Assembly (NCBI GenBank): GCA_002633005.1
Contig: NMRA01000356.1
Span: 65,693 to 129,692 of the forward strand
Length of the DNA: 64,000 nucleotides
From: Phoronis australis
Taxonomy: Eukaryota; Animalia; Phoronida
Direction of reading: 5' to 3'
Each line of letters opens with the position of its first letter. The first letter of the stretch is position 1. Shown here in pieces: positions 12,901 to 27,900 of this stretch. A program made the position numbers and the translations under genes. The notes under the pieces were generated by a model, which saw nothing but the letters and a program-made list of their open reading frames with translations, was not told where the DNA came from and did no database searches.

Positions 12901-15900
12901 AAGGTCCAAAAACTATTTTTCAATGATACTCGAATTTCGAATGTCATAACCGTCACATTTTTTTCCGTGACTTTCGGACAAGGAAACTTTAAGAAAAGCT
13001 AATTTGGAATCGACGCAACTCCCATGTCACTAAAGCGTTCAACGGGTGATTACTACTCTATACGGCTTGAATCCGAGTATCGGTTAACAGGCTTTATAAT
13101 TTTTACCTTGTCTTGACGATGTCACGACCGATTGTCTTGCGTTTAGCTTGTGTTTGGCGCTTTAGCTACGAAAAGAATCACCGAGTCCCGTATGATGAAA
13201 ATTTCTGATGAAAATACAAATGGGAAATACACCCAAGGCTGCAGTTTTTCGTTGTAGCGTAACATGTGCTCTGGTTTAATTAGGCAGTGCTGTTCGACTT
13301 TCGACTGTGACATTGAACTTGCACGCATGACATCAACTTGCGTGTTTACGAAACGTTTTTATTTTTAAAATGTCCTGGCCTTTGCAAATGCCCTTGTCAG
13401 TGGCTAAAATCTCCCGACGACATGTCCGGATTTTATCCTTGATGCGATGAGAAATATTTTTTGTTTAGGCCCCCATACACAGTAGGCTACAGCCAAGTCT
13501 GTCCATAGGATATCGCGCGTTCAAAGTAGTGTAGATAGTGAACAGCAGCAAGCAAATGAGACGGAGCCAAAGTAAAGCTGGTTACAAATCAAACATAGTG
13601 CAAGGCCCAGCACTCAGAAAGGCCCGCGGCACACATGCAATTGTTACTGAGACATTGCACCCGTCCTATGATGTGTAAGTGCCGGTGTGCTATAACACAT
13701 ATCAAAAACTAATGTACATCCACGTAACCACGTTTCATTACCCTTACAAATTGTCTGTTGCTCTCTGATAAGCATCGCAGATGTAAGAATCTCGCTAAAG
13801 AAGATAGTGTGATCGTGTGCTTCGCTTGCAATGTCTCACCATACGTCTCGAAGTCTTCAGTCTAGCGTGCTCGTGAGATTCTCACCCTTGCGCACCTAGA
13901 CGCAGACTAGTGTAGAGTTCAGTAGCTGTCTTGGGAAATACAAAAATCTAGCTAAAATCACGCTTTAAATTAAAATACACAATACATCACGTAATTTCAT
14001 GAACTCATGCTTTTTAGCGAAGTCCTAGCCTTACGAGCTTTACCCCTATGTAAACCTAAAAAAGATTGAACTTGCGGCAAACTAATTTTGCTTGCTCATC
14101 CACTGGTCTGTCTACTTGTGATCTTGTTAATTCACACCCTGTACCGTCTGAGGTACAACACAATGCACTCCATTGCGTAGAGATTAACATGAATCCCAAC
14201 ACGGACACCAGGACCCTGTGGCACTCTGGGCAACTAAGAAAATCCTCTACCAATCATTTCGACAAATGACAAGTCATTTGAATCAGATTTGGTAGTCGTT
14301 GCTTCTAGTGGTCCTAGGGGTAGGCTAACAAGAATACAGGACCTGGAGTCCGATGTAACAGGCCTGGAGCCCGATAGGTGTTTCCGACCCACAGTTCCAT
14401 ATCTACTTTCCACAGGACCTTGTCTTCTTGTCCATGTCACCGCCTTCAGTTGATAGTTTTGAGACAAAAAAGAAACGTGATCTAAACTACAGACCATGCT
14501 TTTTGTATTACTTAAGATAGTTTTAGAGGCATTTCAGCTGTAAGTGTGTTTAATTGTGTTTGATTCAAAAGAGATTGACTGTTACATTGCTTATTATTAT
14601 TGTTCTATTTTTCCTTGAGGTGATGCCTTACTTGCAGCAAGGGTAAATAATTTTGGGAAGTATTACCAGCGATTTCCTTACATGAGTTCGGGAAACCAAT
14701 CGTCTTATGTAAAAATACACCAGGGCCTATACTCAGCAATACCGAATACACAAACACAGTATAAATACTGTAGCTCACCCTAATTATATCCTAGTGGGAA
14801 TAGCATTATTTTTAGATTTCAAGCATGCATTTTTATTCCCAGATATGCATCCCAAGTATATTTTAGGGNTTTTAGATTTCAAGCATGCATTTTTATTCTC
14901 AGGTATGCATCCCAGGTATATTTTAGGGAAAATTTAAGATACGCAAATTGGCCATATATTCTGCTGGACTTATATACGGAAATCTACGGTGGATCTTCTT
15001 AAACCTGTAAACCATGACAATTTCATTGAGACAGTTTTGTTCTACTAACATGTTCAACTAACATTCCGTTCATGCAAGTCGGTCAGTACGTTCGCATTTA
15101 AGGCGTTATTGCAACAGGTAAGTGTTGTTTTGATTTTTGTTTGATGTTTCCATATTTTATTTTGTTATGTATTCCTGTCTTCAGATAGTCACTGTTATTC
15201 TTCAACAACATTTCTGTACTTATAATGAGACTTCAGTAAACTCGCGATTGTTCATACTTTAAATGTTAGCAGAAGTGTGTAGTGTCCATCAGCAGAGACC
15301 TGTGGAAAGAACCATTTTCCGTAACTGTAGCAAATATATGACGCAATGAAATGAAAACGGTCGACATAGATGAATTGTAATTGGTTAAATNGCTATAACA
15401 CATATCAAAAACTAATGTACATCCACGTAACCACGTTTCACTACTCTTACAAATTGTCTGTTGCTCTATGATAAGCATCGCAGATGCAAGAATCTCGCTA
15501 AAGAATATAGTGTGATCGTGTGCTTTGTTTGCAATGCCTCACCATACGTCTTGACGTCTTCAGTCTAGCGTGTTCGTGAGATTCTCACCCTTGCGCCCCT
15601 GGTCGCAGACTAGGGTAGAGTTCAGTAGCTGTCTTGGGAAATACAAAAATCTAGCCAAAATCACGCTTTCAATTGAAAAACACAATACATCACGTCTTTT
15701 CATGAATTCTTGCTTTTTAGCGAAGTTCTAGCGTTACGAGCTTTACCCCAGATGTAAACCTAAAAAAGATTTAACTTGCGGCGACCCAATTTTGCTTGCT
15801 CATCCACTGGTCTGTGTGCTTGTGGTCTTGTTAATTCACACCCTGTACCGTCTGAGGTACAACACCCGGAACTCCATGGTGTCCCGACATTAAGATGAAT

Positions 15901-18900
15901 CCCGACAAGGACACCGGGACCCAGTGGCACTCTCTGTCTGCAGCGACTAAGAAAATCCTCCACCAATCATTTCGAAAAATGACAAGTCAGTTGAATCAGA
16001 TTTGGTAGTCGTTGCTTCTTGTGGTCCTAGGGGTAGGCTAACAAGAATACAGGACCTGGAGTCCGATGTAACGGCCTTGGAACCTGATAGATGTTTCCGA
16101 CCCGGAGTTCCATATCTACTTTCCACAGGACCATGTCTTCTTGTCCATGTTACGGTTACCGCCTTCAGTTGATAGTTTTGAGACAAAAAAGAAACGTGAT
16201 CTTACAGACCATGTTTTTTGTATTACTTAATATAGTTTTAGAGGCATTTCAGCTGTAAGTGTGTTTAATAGTGTTGACTGTTACATTGCTAATTATTATT
16301 GTTCTATTTTTACCCGAGGTGATGCCTTACTTGCAGCAAGGGTAAATAATTTTGGGAAGTATTACCAGCGATTTCCGTATATAAGTTGGGGAAACAAAAC
16401 GTCTTATGTAAAAATACACCAGGGCCTATACTCAGCAATGCCGAATACACGAACACAGTATAAATACTGTAGCTCACCCTAATTATATCCTAGTGGGAAT
16501 AGCATTATTTTTAGATTTCAAGCATGCATTTTTATTCTCAGATATGCATCCTAGGTATATTTTAGGAAAAAATTTAAGATACGCAAATTGGCCATATTTT
16601 CTTCTGGATTTATATACGGAAATTTACGGTGGATCTTCTTAAACCTGTAAACCATGAAAATTTCATTGAGACAGTTTTGTTCTACTAACATGTTCAACTA
16701 ACATTCCGTTCATGCAAGTCGGTCAGTACGTTCGCATTTAAGGCGTTATTGCAACAGGTAAGTGTTGTTTTGATTTTTGTTTGGTGCTTCCATATTTTAT
16801 TTTGTTATGTATTCCTGTCTTCAGATAGTCACTGTTATTCTTCAACAACATTTCTGTACTTATAATGAGACTTCAGTAAACTCGCGACTGTTCATACTTT
16901 AAATGTTAGCAGAAGTGTGTAGTGTCCATCAGCAGAGACCTGTGGGAAGAACTATTTTCCGTAACTGTAGCAAATATATGACGCAATGAAATGAAAACGG
17001 TCGACATAGATGAATTGTAATTGGTTAAATGTATATTAAGAAAGAAAATTAAGTATATAAATAGTAGACCGGTTCTTGAATTGCCTGGTTTACGTCCTTC
17101 ATGAGTTCACCTGTCCCAAATTGAGTGCTTTCGTTTTTCTTTTCAGGTCGTCACTAGTCGATTCTTCTAACAGTCGTGATCTGCCCAGTAGCCTATTGTA
17201 TCAACGTGCGCAACAACGGTCTTGGCAGGGGGTTGCACCAAGCAGACTCCCTTAGAATTAGTGGCACAAAATCGACATTGGTGTGCAGCAGGAGGCCGAG
17301 GGGGGGAGGGGTGGCGGCGTAAATTAGTAGTGACTGAGGGAGACTGAGCTGCGCGAAATTGGTGATGACCGTGGACGGCGCTAAACTGGTGACGACCAGA
17401 AGAAACGGCCCTGTTATCTTCCTCGCAGATTATCAGAAAATGCTAACGATTATCAGTTTCATTTCATCCACAAACAGATTTCACAAGTCAGAGTTTTCAC
17501 TGTGGTTGAAAACGTAAGCGAACCCAGATGTGTTAGGTCACCTCAGTTGCATGAAGACGCGCCAGTGTATCACTGAGTTAATATCGGGCGTTTCAAAGGC
17601 TGTGGATGAGAAAGGTTTTAATTGTAAAAAAACGGTTGGGTGAATTTGATGTTGGTAGCATTTGAAATTGCATTTGCTTTCTAGTCAACGCCCTTATATA
17701 TACAATATGTTAGTTAATCGTGTCTTCAGCCGCGCAGCACTGTACTAGTCGACGCATTCCCATCGTTTGCAGTAGGCCTAAACATGTAGAACGACAGCGC
17801 TTCTTCAACAATTCAGACGACTACCAGGACGACAAATGGGGATCACGAGTAGATGAGAAACTACTCGTTTTATTATCATGATTGTCTTTTTAATCTGTTT
17901 TGGGTAATTGTTCAATCAAAGTTTTTATGTTGAAACTGAGCTTTCAGATAATATGGAAATAAACGTGTCAGAGTTAACTTGCGTTTCGGTTTGTAACCAG
18001 CAGACAATGCATGGATACGTTTAACAAACATAAATATATGCTATGTTCTTGTCATTGTTCGTCACTTTCTTCACTGAACTCGTTCCCACATCCATTACTG
18101 TTACGTTTAATGCAAAATTCGTTAAAATTGAGAAAGCGCATGTTTTGATGGTCGGGAACCCTCTTTGTGCGCCGAATACGCAAGTCCAGCTTTTTATTGG
18201 GAAACCATGCGTTGACAGCGCAAACTCGACATTTTTTATTGAGAAAACGCATTTTTACAAAAGAGAATCGGTTATCTGTAACGTTTCATGTGCGTCAACA
18301 ACGCAAACCAGACCCACTCATTGAAAAGCCCATATTTGTCACCAGGAAGACTCTTCACAACGCAGCCCGATATTTCAAGTGAGATAGCGCAGTTTTGAAA
18401 AGATTCCGTCACTTGCCGAGAACAGTTTTTGAGCATCGGCAATGCAAACCGAATATTTCATATTGAGAAAGCACATCTTTGAAAAGAAGAACCAACACTA
18501 GTTGGGAACGGTCTTTGTGCGTCGACGGCGCACATTTCTTATTGGGAAAGCCAGATTTTCAAAAATTAATGGCTCAGACCATTTGAGTCTCATTTACCTG
18601 CAATTATACTGCTATCAAATGACCGAGCCAGCAACGTTGATACTACGACCGCTCATCGAAATAATGTACACCCACGAAATTCGGACATTAGCGGAAACCC
18701 AAATTTGGAGGTCCGCCAAATTCGGACACCACAGAAATGATGTTTCGCGAGATTCATCCAAGAATGAATTTTTTCTATTGGAATTAATTTTCAGTGTCCG
18801 AAAATCACGCAACTTTACCGTAGGTTGGAGTCCTAGTGGGCCACACTGCTAGGCCCTTAGGACAGGTCTCTAGCTCCTCAGCTCGGTTTTAACACTCAAA

Positions 18901-21900
18901 AATGGCTCCAGGTGACCAGTATAATGGGCCCACATGCGTGGCCTGCGCACGCCTGATACAACGTATACCAGACCGTCTGCAATTATTTTTTATATGGATT
19001 TTAAATAGGTTATTGGCAACCCCACTAAACAGTTATGTACATCAGATACAGGACATTGTACACAAACCACCCTTTCCCCATAACCCTATTCATATATCAC
19101 AATCCACCCATTCACAAAACCCTATTCTGATCACAAGCCACCCTTTCACATAATCACAATCTGATTGCCAGCTGTAGTTTTATTATCTGACTATATTGCG
19201 ACCATTGTAAAACCATGAGGATACAAAAGACCAGTTGAACTATAACATTAATAGAACCAAGGCAAACCAAAGCTTTCAAGCTCAATTTAGTGTTCAAGGT
19301 TTAGTCATAAAATCGATTACTTCAAAAATTAACTTCTTGATCTTTCAATGTGGAATGGAACAATTTGAGGCAAACTGAATAACTCTTCACATGTTTACAT
19401 GATATGATAGGTTATTGTCGTTTTGTCACTCAACAAAAATAAATCTCAAGATTTTTTTAGATTATCATCACCATAGTTTGTAGGAGACTGCTGACAATTT
19501 GACTGCAAGAAGCAAAGAAGTCTGCTTTAATGAAATTACGTTTTTGCAAAATAGCTTAAGACTTACCATAGTTGCATAATTATTAATAGTGAAAGCATCC
19601 ATGGTATACCATCATGACCTAGTTCATGCAGGCAATGTTTACCAACAGATTACCATCATGAGACTAGGTGCAGATGTTTGCAGTAGCATCGACAAATTAG
19701 ATGAAATGAAGTTCTTTTGCAATAATTGTCGATGCCTCGTGTTTTAGCTTCAAGTCAGATATGGCGCCATCTTTAAAACGTTTTAGGGCAAAGAGACTTA
19801 CCAGGTTGATTAATGGCACACTTCCTCCTCCAGCATCACTGCAAACATGGTTTATTCTAGTCTGAAGTTGGTGTTTTAGTGAGCTGTGACTACCATATAT
19901 ATGTGATTTACATTATCACCTACTAGTATGGCAAAGGGTAAAAGAGTTGACCACCAATGACCTATTCACAAATTGGCTAAAACACTAGCATTTTAACTTG
20001 CAATTTCACCAGTATAGTTACCAAGACTCACATTTGCTAGTACAGCGCTAGCAGTTTGAGTTACCCCAAAACTGAAAATTCATTTTTATAGTAGTAATTA
20101 TCTGTCCCAAATTCTACAGACTGCACCAATTGGAAGAATTTTTATTGCACACATTTCACTCTCACCAGCATGCATAGTTATGACCAGGTAACAATTTATA
20201 AACCTAAATTCGCAGCCCTAGAAGAAATTTGTTCTGTTACCATAGCAATTGTGGCCCAATGGTTCTCTACCAAATAACACTCCTCTGCCCAGTAAAACTA
20301 AAAAACACCAAAGCCCAATAATTTAGTTGCTGAAAAATTCATGGCAACTTGAGACAATACCAAAGTGATAAAACCCCTCCTCAAGACAACAGTTTTGCCT
20401 CCCTCCATTGCTATTTCTTTTGTTTATCATTTACCAACCCAACATGATACCTCAAAGAAACCAAGAACTCATCTGAGACATATGATACCCGAAAAGCAAT
20501 ACACCCACCCACCCGAGATAATACCTGAGGGCAAAATGCCTATCCAAGACGATAGCTAAGAATGAAATACCAACTAGAGACGACATCTGTGAGGGAAAAT
20601 ACCAACCCACGTTTGTGGCACATCTTTAAGTTTTCCAATAGGAAAAGCCCCTCAAAATGATTGCTGTTTTAACCTGTAGAAATGATCGCCACAGACTTGT
20701 CAATATTTTCTAATCATGGCAATGACCTTAAGGTCAAACTGAGTCATGACCCCTGGACATAAAACACATTTATAACAGAAGCCTGGTGATGCACAACCCA
20801 ATACATTATGCAAAGTGCATCAAACTGCTGACTGAACTTCATTTTTACAGCAATACACACACGCAGGTCAATTACACCAAGTCAGTGTACAGCCACCGAG
20901 AAAAGGCTTGAATGTCATTTCTGTTTTGTTACTGGAAACCTGGCCTGAAAGCATCTGTTAATACTCCATCAGATTCTGTAATATTTCTGATAGCTGAAGA
21001 CGTGTTAGTGTGTGTGTGTGTGTGGTGTGTGTAGTGTGAGGGCATAGCAGTAGTCACTCCTTTACACTTTATCATAGTTCAACTGTCAAGCAAATATGAC
21101 TGCAGATGTAGGCCTATTGATGTAATTTTTTAAATATGGTAATTCACCAATCCATGTTTATGACAACATTTGACATGCATCAAGAAATTCCACTGTTTTA
21201 TCATGGCCCATTCAAGACCCTGTTGAACAACTGCTAAGTGTATTTCCAGCAGCAGCAGCAGCAACAGCAACAGCAGCAGAAGGGACATTTGGCTACCAGC
21301 AGACAGTAGCTAGGGGACAATAAACAGGCCCTTTGTCTAGGACTAGGTTTTTAAAGAAGGTTCTGGACAGACTGGAAGCTTTTCTAATCATGGCACCTGA
21401 CCCTGTGGTCACACTGAGAGCCCTGACCCCTGGACACAAAACACATTTACAACAATGTGCCTGGTGAAACAAATCAACATTAGGCAAAGTACAGGTAAAG
21501 AAATACCAGGTTCAAACCATTCTGAAAAACAGTCATCACAAAAGACTTTTCCTACAGATTCTAATTCCAAAATGAATCCCTTCATCAGTATAAAACGGTG
21601 TCCTTCAGAGTAGAACAACCCATGCACTTTTCAATATTTACAAACATGCATTCCGAGGAAAAATAATTTTCAATAAAATTGGTCTCGGCTTGTCCCCTTG
21701 ACACAGACAAGAAGCGATTCCTTGGTTTACAAAGAACTGAAAGTTCATCATTTTTTGAGACCATGGTTGGTGCTTAAATGAACACGCTATGTTGACCTGA
21801 TCTCAGCAATAACCAACAGTCAGTTCTTTTGTAGTCCTGAAATCATCTCTAATTTGACTGAAAACTTTCATACTAACGTTGATGCATGCGGATAGTATGA

Positions 21901-24900
21901 ATGATAATGGTTCTAGTTAACTTTGCAGTAATCAGGTGGATTTAACAGCAGAACACCGATACTTCAGTGCAGTATGAACGGTCAACTTCGGTCTCATCAA
22001 AGTTATAAGCAGAGGACACTGGTATCACAATTACTTCGATGACATCAGCGTCACCTACTGCTTACTTCGATGTCCTTTAACTACCGAAGCCCGTATGAAT
22101 GGTTCAATTAACTTCGCAGTTTGCATCAATGCTCTTTTCATATTGAAGTCAAGTTAATATGAAAGGACATTAAAGAACAACCCGAGACCAATTTTATAAT
22201 GATAGGGGGTAATATTAATTCGAGTTATTTTTTGTGATGGAATGTGGGTTATAGCCACCTCAACCTTGACTGCCAGGACAGCATAATCTTTAAATTCTCA
22301 CAACACTATATTCAAAAGCTTCAAATTTCAGATCACTGAACATAAAGAATTCTTAAAAGGTAAGGTCATCAATGTTACTTTAAAACACACAGATTGAAAT
22401 GATCTACTAGCAGTGAATAAAGTAATGTTTTGTTTTCATACAACATATTGCATTCTCTAAACCAACTTTACCTTTTCAGACCTTAGTCTCATGTCTAAAA
22501 TTGAAGTGACAAGGCTAAATTAATAAATACAATATAACAATCAAATGATGGTTTGTACTGCTCAGAGTTGTTGAACACACAGCTATAAATCCACGACAAC
22601 AGTTAATGTCTGGAACAAATGGCGTCCCCTCCAAGAGTCATTGTTATCGAGAAACTGGCATCATCTTGCAATCGCTCTCCTACTGGCCAGATTTTGGTCA
22701 GACTATCTTAGTACCAGACCTGGACATGAGATCCAACCCCCGAAGAACTCAAGTTGAGACCTATTGCTTCGTGAGTGGTCTAAGTGGTTGATTAGTATGA
22801 ACTCAACATTAGTTTTGTTTGTTATTATGCTTTAATACACTAGGTAGGGGTATGGTAATGTAATCCAACCTCACACCTGATGACCCCAACAATCAAGGTA
22901 CAAGCCCAACCTCAAACTCATGGGAGATGTTTCAACTCAAATCTGTGGCTTTTAACGCTAGGGTTCATCAAGTGGGAACTATGGGTAATATATACTCACC
23001 CGACACTTATATACAATCTTAATGACAAAAAGCAATTGTCTTTGATGTTGCTTCTAGTAAAAATACTGATCCCTGGTTATCTTGGAGAGACCTATGTCTG
23101 TGTTTTATTCTTTGACATCCAAACTCACACAATTCAAAAGTAACTGCATTCAAAGAAGCATCCTTTCTTTAGGAATTGACCTATCGCAAGCTCTGCCCCC
23201 TTGTGTAATGTCGACTAAGAAACAATAAGTTTTCCTCGGCAACGTGTTGTTTGTCGGGTAAAATGGCAGCTTGGAAACGAAGGTGTGTTAATAATGCTAT
23301 GTTCTAAATGGTCAGTTAAGCTGTCACTCAAAAATCCTGGCGATAGGTCAATTGTCAACTACCATCATTTTGGGGCACTCGCCAGGACATTTTTGTAAAG
23401 GTCTCCCCATTTTTTGCAGAATAGATTGTCTTAAATTTCAGATTTTTAAATTTAAGAAAACAAGATTTTAGGAAATGCGGGGAGACTTATCTGGCAAGGG
23501 ACACTAGACTCATGTCACCTTTTCAAATTATTTTTTAAAATTGAATATCAATTAATATAAATAGTGAGCCAGATGAAGAAATTCCTGATCACAGGATCAA
23601 TTACTAATTATTTACTTTCACACTTATGGGTCTCGGCAAACAGAGGGGGTCTGTTGATGGTATCATTCTCTATCCTTTCATCAGGAGCCATTCACGGAGG
23701 GGGGGGAGGGCAATGATGGAATCAATTGCCCTTCTTATCCTGTATTTGGGAAATCACGCAGTCTTTTATGTTAACAAAGGTCACTTTGAAGAGGTGCCCT
23801 TCCTTAACATAAGTTTTGTTCATGTGTAACAGATCAAGGTGCTCAAAGTTCATGTACAGGCAGTCGTGAACAAGGACTTCTGAAAACTTTGGAGTGCAAG
23901 TTTAACTCATGAACAATAATGGGGCTACTACTACCATTGGAATGAACCAGAAACCATATTAACACGAATAAAAGCTGCAGGAGTGAGGACCCCAAACAAC
24001 CTGGCAGGGTCCCCATCTCCCTTCCTCTCCTGGTTGGCCATCAAGTATCCACGCCCATGCCTAAAAATTACGTACAACGAAACAGGGTTGAGAAACTTAG
24101 CAACCTACCATTAATTGAAAAGTGTGTGCCTTTAGTTTTTAAATTGTGTTGCCATGTGATAACCCAAAATGTCTACGTTCTAAGTTTCTACCAATGAGGT
24201 AACCTACAAGGTTTAATTCAATTGTTTCTGTTTTAGGTGTTCATGTATCAGATAAAATTGACCCATTTACTCTAGGATAATAGTAAGGAATTTTATACTT
24301 GGGACCACATGGGAAGCTGAAAGTTCGGGAAAATCAAATTAGTTTTTGCCTCCCAATTACGTTTACCGTTTACCTTCCTATGAGACTGAAACCTGAGGGT
24401 TATGGTTGACAAAATTTAAGTTTACTCCCCTATTTCATTACTCAGATATGTCATTTTATTAATTCTAACTCTAGGAATCCAAGTTATAATTATGACCGTC
24501 ATGGGATAATTTGAGATGGAATGGGAGTAGACTATGTCACGTAACATCCTGAAGGCAAACCAAACCAAACCAAAATAGATTATACTGGCACACAATGGGT
24601 TTAGATGATGTAGACATATCATCCAAGATAACATGACATGGTAATATGATTGTTAAACTCAGGTTATAAGTTCATTTTAACAAACAACACATCAACCATG
24701 ATATCAATCACTATGATACCACTTATGGTCCTTTGTACATGTCAAAACAAATACAACTGCACCTACTTGTCAGTGCTATATTTCAGTGTACATGTAGCTA
24801 TGCTTTGAATGACTAGAACAAACCACGTAAGGATGTAAAACACTGCCAAAAATATTTTAATTCCAAAAAGATAGAAATCTGAAAGAGAAATGATTTAAAT

Positions 24901-27900
24901 TTAACAATGTTGACAAGCATTATTTCAATTCACAAAATGTTCAGTTATAAAATATGAAGACTAATGAACTTTATTTACAACACCTGTGTATGTTTTATTA
25001 CAGTTATCAAGAGAAAATTGTTTTGACATGATGAAATGACATTTTTCCTCTTCTCTTTTTCCTACAGCTGGTAAAAGTGATGCAGCGGTTGATATGCTAC
25101 ACACTTAACCACTACAGTAATTTTTCACTTTGTCGAAAATTCGCCTCATACACAGGATATCTCGTGCTGTTGTAAACATGAGGTGAAAAAAGTGACCTGA
25201 GTGTCCTGTGACCTGAGTGTCCTGTGACTCACACTCATTTGCTCAATTGACAGAGCATTTAACCAATGATTGGGTAAAGTACTTTATATTGGAACAGGAC
25301 AAGGTATATTTAATTAGTTGTTTTAAAATTAGATCACATCTATATAAAAAATAATTGCAGGTGGTCTGATACACATTGTACCAGACATGCTCAGGACGTG
25401 TATGTGGGCCCATTGCACTGATCACATGTGGGCCCAATGCACTTATCATATCTGTAACTCTGGGTTTTATTTCACTTAATTTGCACATGGACAGTTGGCA
25501 ATGCTTGTTTAGCCAACATAAGCAGCTTTTACACGAGAGACAGTTGTCACTGAGTGAGGTGTCACGGCGCGACTTGCTCCACTTTACACGACATTAGATC
25601 GCAAACTAGATCAGCACGAGACACTCATACGAAGATGTCTGCACATGCTTGTATAAACAATAACGAATGTCTAAACCACGTGGAATGCTAGCTGATCACC
25701 TTTCTGTCCTGCCCATGTTGTGTTTAGATGTGCAGTGGAAACTGGAGCAACTGATCGAGTGCAACTTGCTAGACAAACCATAGTCAAAAACTGGCCGCTG
25801 CCACGGTGCCACTCACTCTGTGTGAGTTGTGAGTTGTGTTTACAAACACACACTTGCACCCAATCAGCTGTTCCATGTTAGCTTCACCAGGTCAGCTGTT
25901 TCTCATTTAACTGCAGCTATATCAAGCTCTACATCACAATTGTAACCTGGACTGTAATGCATTTAACCTGTTGCTACAGGGATGTCCTGAATTACATAGA
26001 TACTTAAATCTCCCTATGTTTACCCTCATTAAGCCATACTAGTAATACTTTTTTACCCTCATTTTTGCGTCTTTGGAGTTCCACATGTTCTTTGTTGTTG
26101 TTATTTTTTAAGACTTTTTCTTAGCTACAGGTGCTTAAATTATTCAGGGAGCTCTCTGTTTTTGTTCATGAAGCATTAAACGGAAGAGGTGTTTATAATA
26201 CTACTAATCAGTGACTTACAAGCCCAATGGGCTGGGTGTTTTTTAAATTCTGAACTATGAGTTTAAATTTAAGCACATATCACTTTAATAAACAAATATA
26301 CTACTACCACTACCACTACTACTACGGTATTCAAGCTTTATTACATTGAATAGCAAAACATGCAAATTTGATTCTTCAAACATATTTGCACGCTCGTCCC
26401 TTTTTAAAAATCACTTCAAGGCAAAAAGAGACGAATGGGTTAGCTTTATTGACCTTTACTTTCAAAGTACACACTACACCTCCACAAGAACACAAGCAGT
26501 AGATATTACTGGACACAGGCACAGGCAGTAGATATTACTGGACACAGGCACAGGCAGTAGATATTACTGGACACAGGCACAGACAGTATTTAAATCATAC
26601 ATTTTAGTGTAACATGAGTGCATGTTTTTTGTCAATTTCCAAACTTATACTAAGCAATCATTCAACATGACATATCGCCTTTGATTTTATAAAGACAAGA
26701 AATTTGCCTAAAATGACACTATGTAAGTTGTTTTTTCAATGGTGGGCCGACCCACCATGAGGCACTGGAGTCCATCATGGGGTTCTATTGTGAATAATTA
26801 GTATGATAATGGCTTTACTAAGGCAGTGAGTTAAGGCTGGAAGTGTTACCAAAGGCCAATAAATACAATTGGTATAATACTGAAGTTATCAGATATCCAA
26901 TTTATGTACATCACTGCACTAGAACCAAAATGTATATGCACTAGTTATTGAAAATTTATATATCAGCCGGAGGATCGGAACTTCAGTCACTCTAACTCAG
27001 CTAACTGTTTGGCCATACAAAATGATGAATAAGATGGTATACTTTATTAAAAAGTAATGTACAGAATTATCAATCAATCCGAAACCTTTCTCATAGGTGT
27101 AGGACAAAGATAACATGCTTTTCTAAGCAGACCCATTAGCTGCACCCAGCCACTGCACCCAGCCACTGCACCCAGCAACTGCTACCAGCTTCTACACCAA
27201 GCTACTGCACCAAACTGCAGGTTTGTTGTCTAACAAGCCAGTTTAGGCAACTCTAAAGGAAACATACTAGCAAACCAAAAAACATTCTGATTTTCCCAAA
27301 TGTACTTGTCATTGCCTCTCGCAAAATGAATACTAAGTTCTTAATAGCAAACAAACATTCTGTTCTTAATACTTATTTGTTTTGAAGATCATAACAACTA
27401 CCAACCATTCTAAATTGTTCTGTTTTCACAGTGACGTTGAACAGTGCAGAATGTCAAGTATAAGTATCACTTGACTGGTATATATTAGGGTGATTAAATC
27501 AAGTTTTCACATGAAGCTTTAGTTGATTGAAACATCAAAAATAACGAAAAGGCATCCAGGGAAAGGCTTTAAATCTTCAAGACCATTAGCATTCTCTTCT
27601 GGAGTGTGTCCAATTGCATGTAATCTCGTTACTAATTATTGATCATGAAAGTAAGAAATAAGGATCATATTTAAAAATATCAACAAGCAACCAAATTGAA
27701 TGATGAAGATAACCATACTGGGTCACATGAGTCATCTTCCTGTCCAATAGAAAAACAGCAATATGTGATATCATTCTGATTTATAATATCCAATCCAACA
27801 ACTCATACTTCCTAGTCTCACATGAATACACCTTCTCCCTTTCTCCCCAACATAAAAAGAACAGCATGTGATAACATACTGTATTAATCAACAAACGTTA

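Noticed and set aside
13085-13330. Alternative PKN first exon (donor aag|gtaaaa at ~13106)
   Set aside because: Lies inside the TA-flanked transposon and has an in-frame stop just upstream; no independent support.
21247-21280. CAG/CAA run as a polyglutamine exon
   Set aside because: No flanking splice sites or ORF; an intronic microsatellite.
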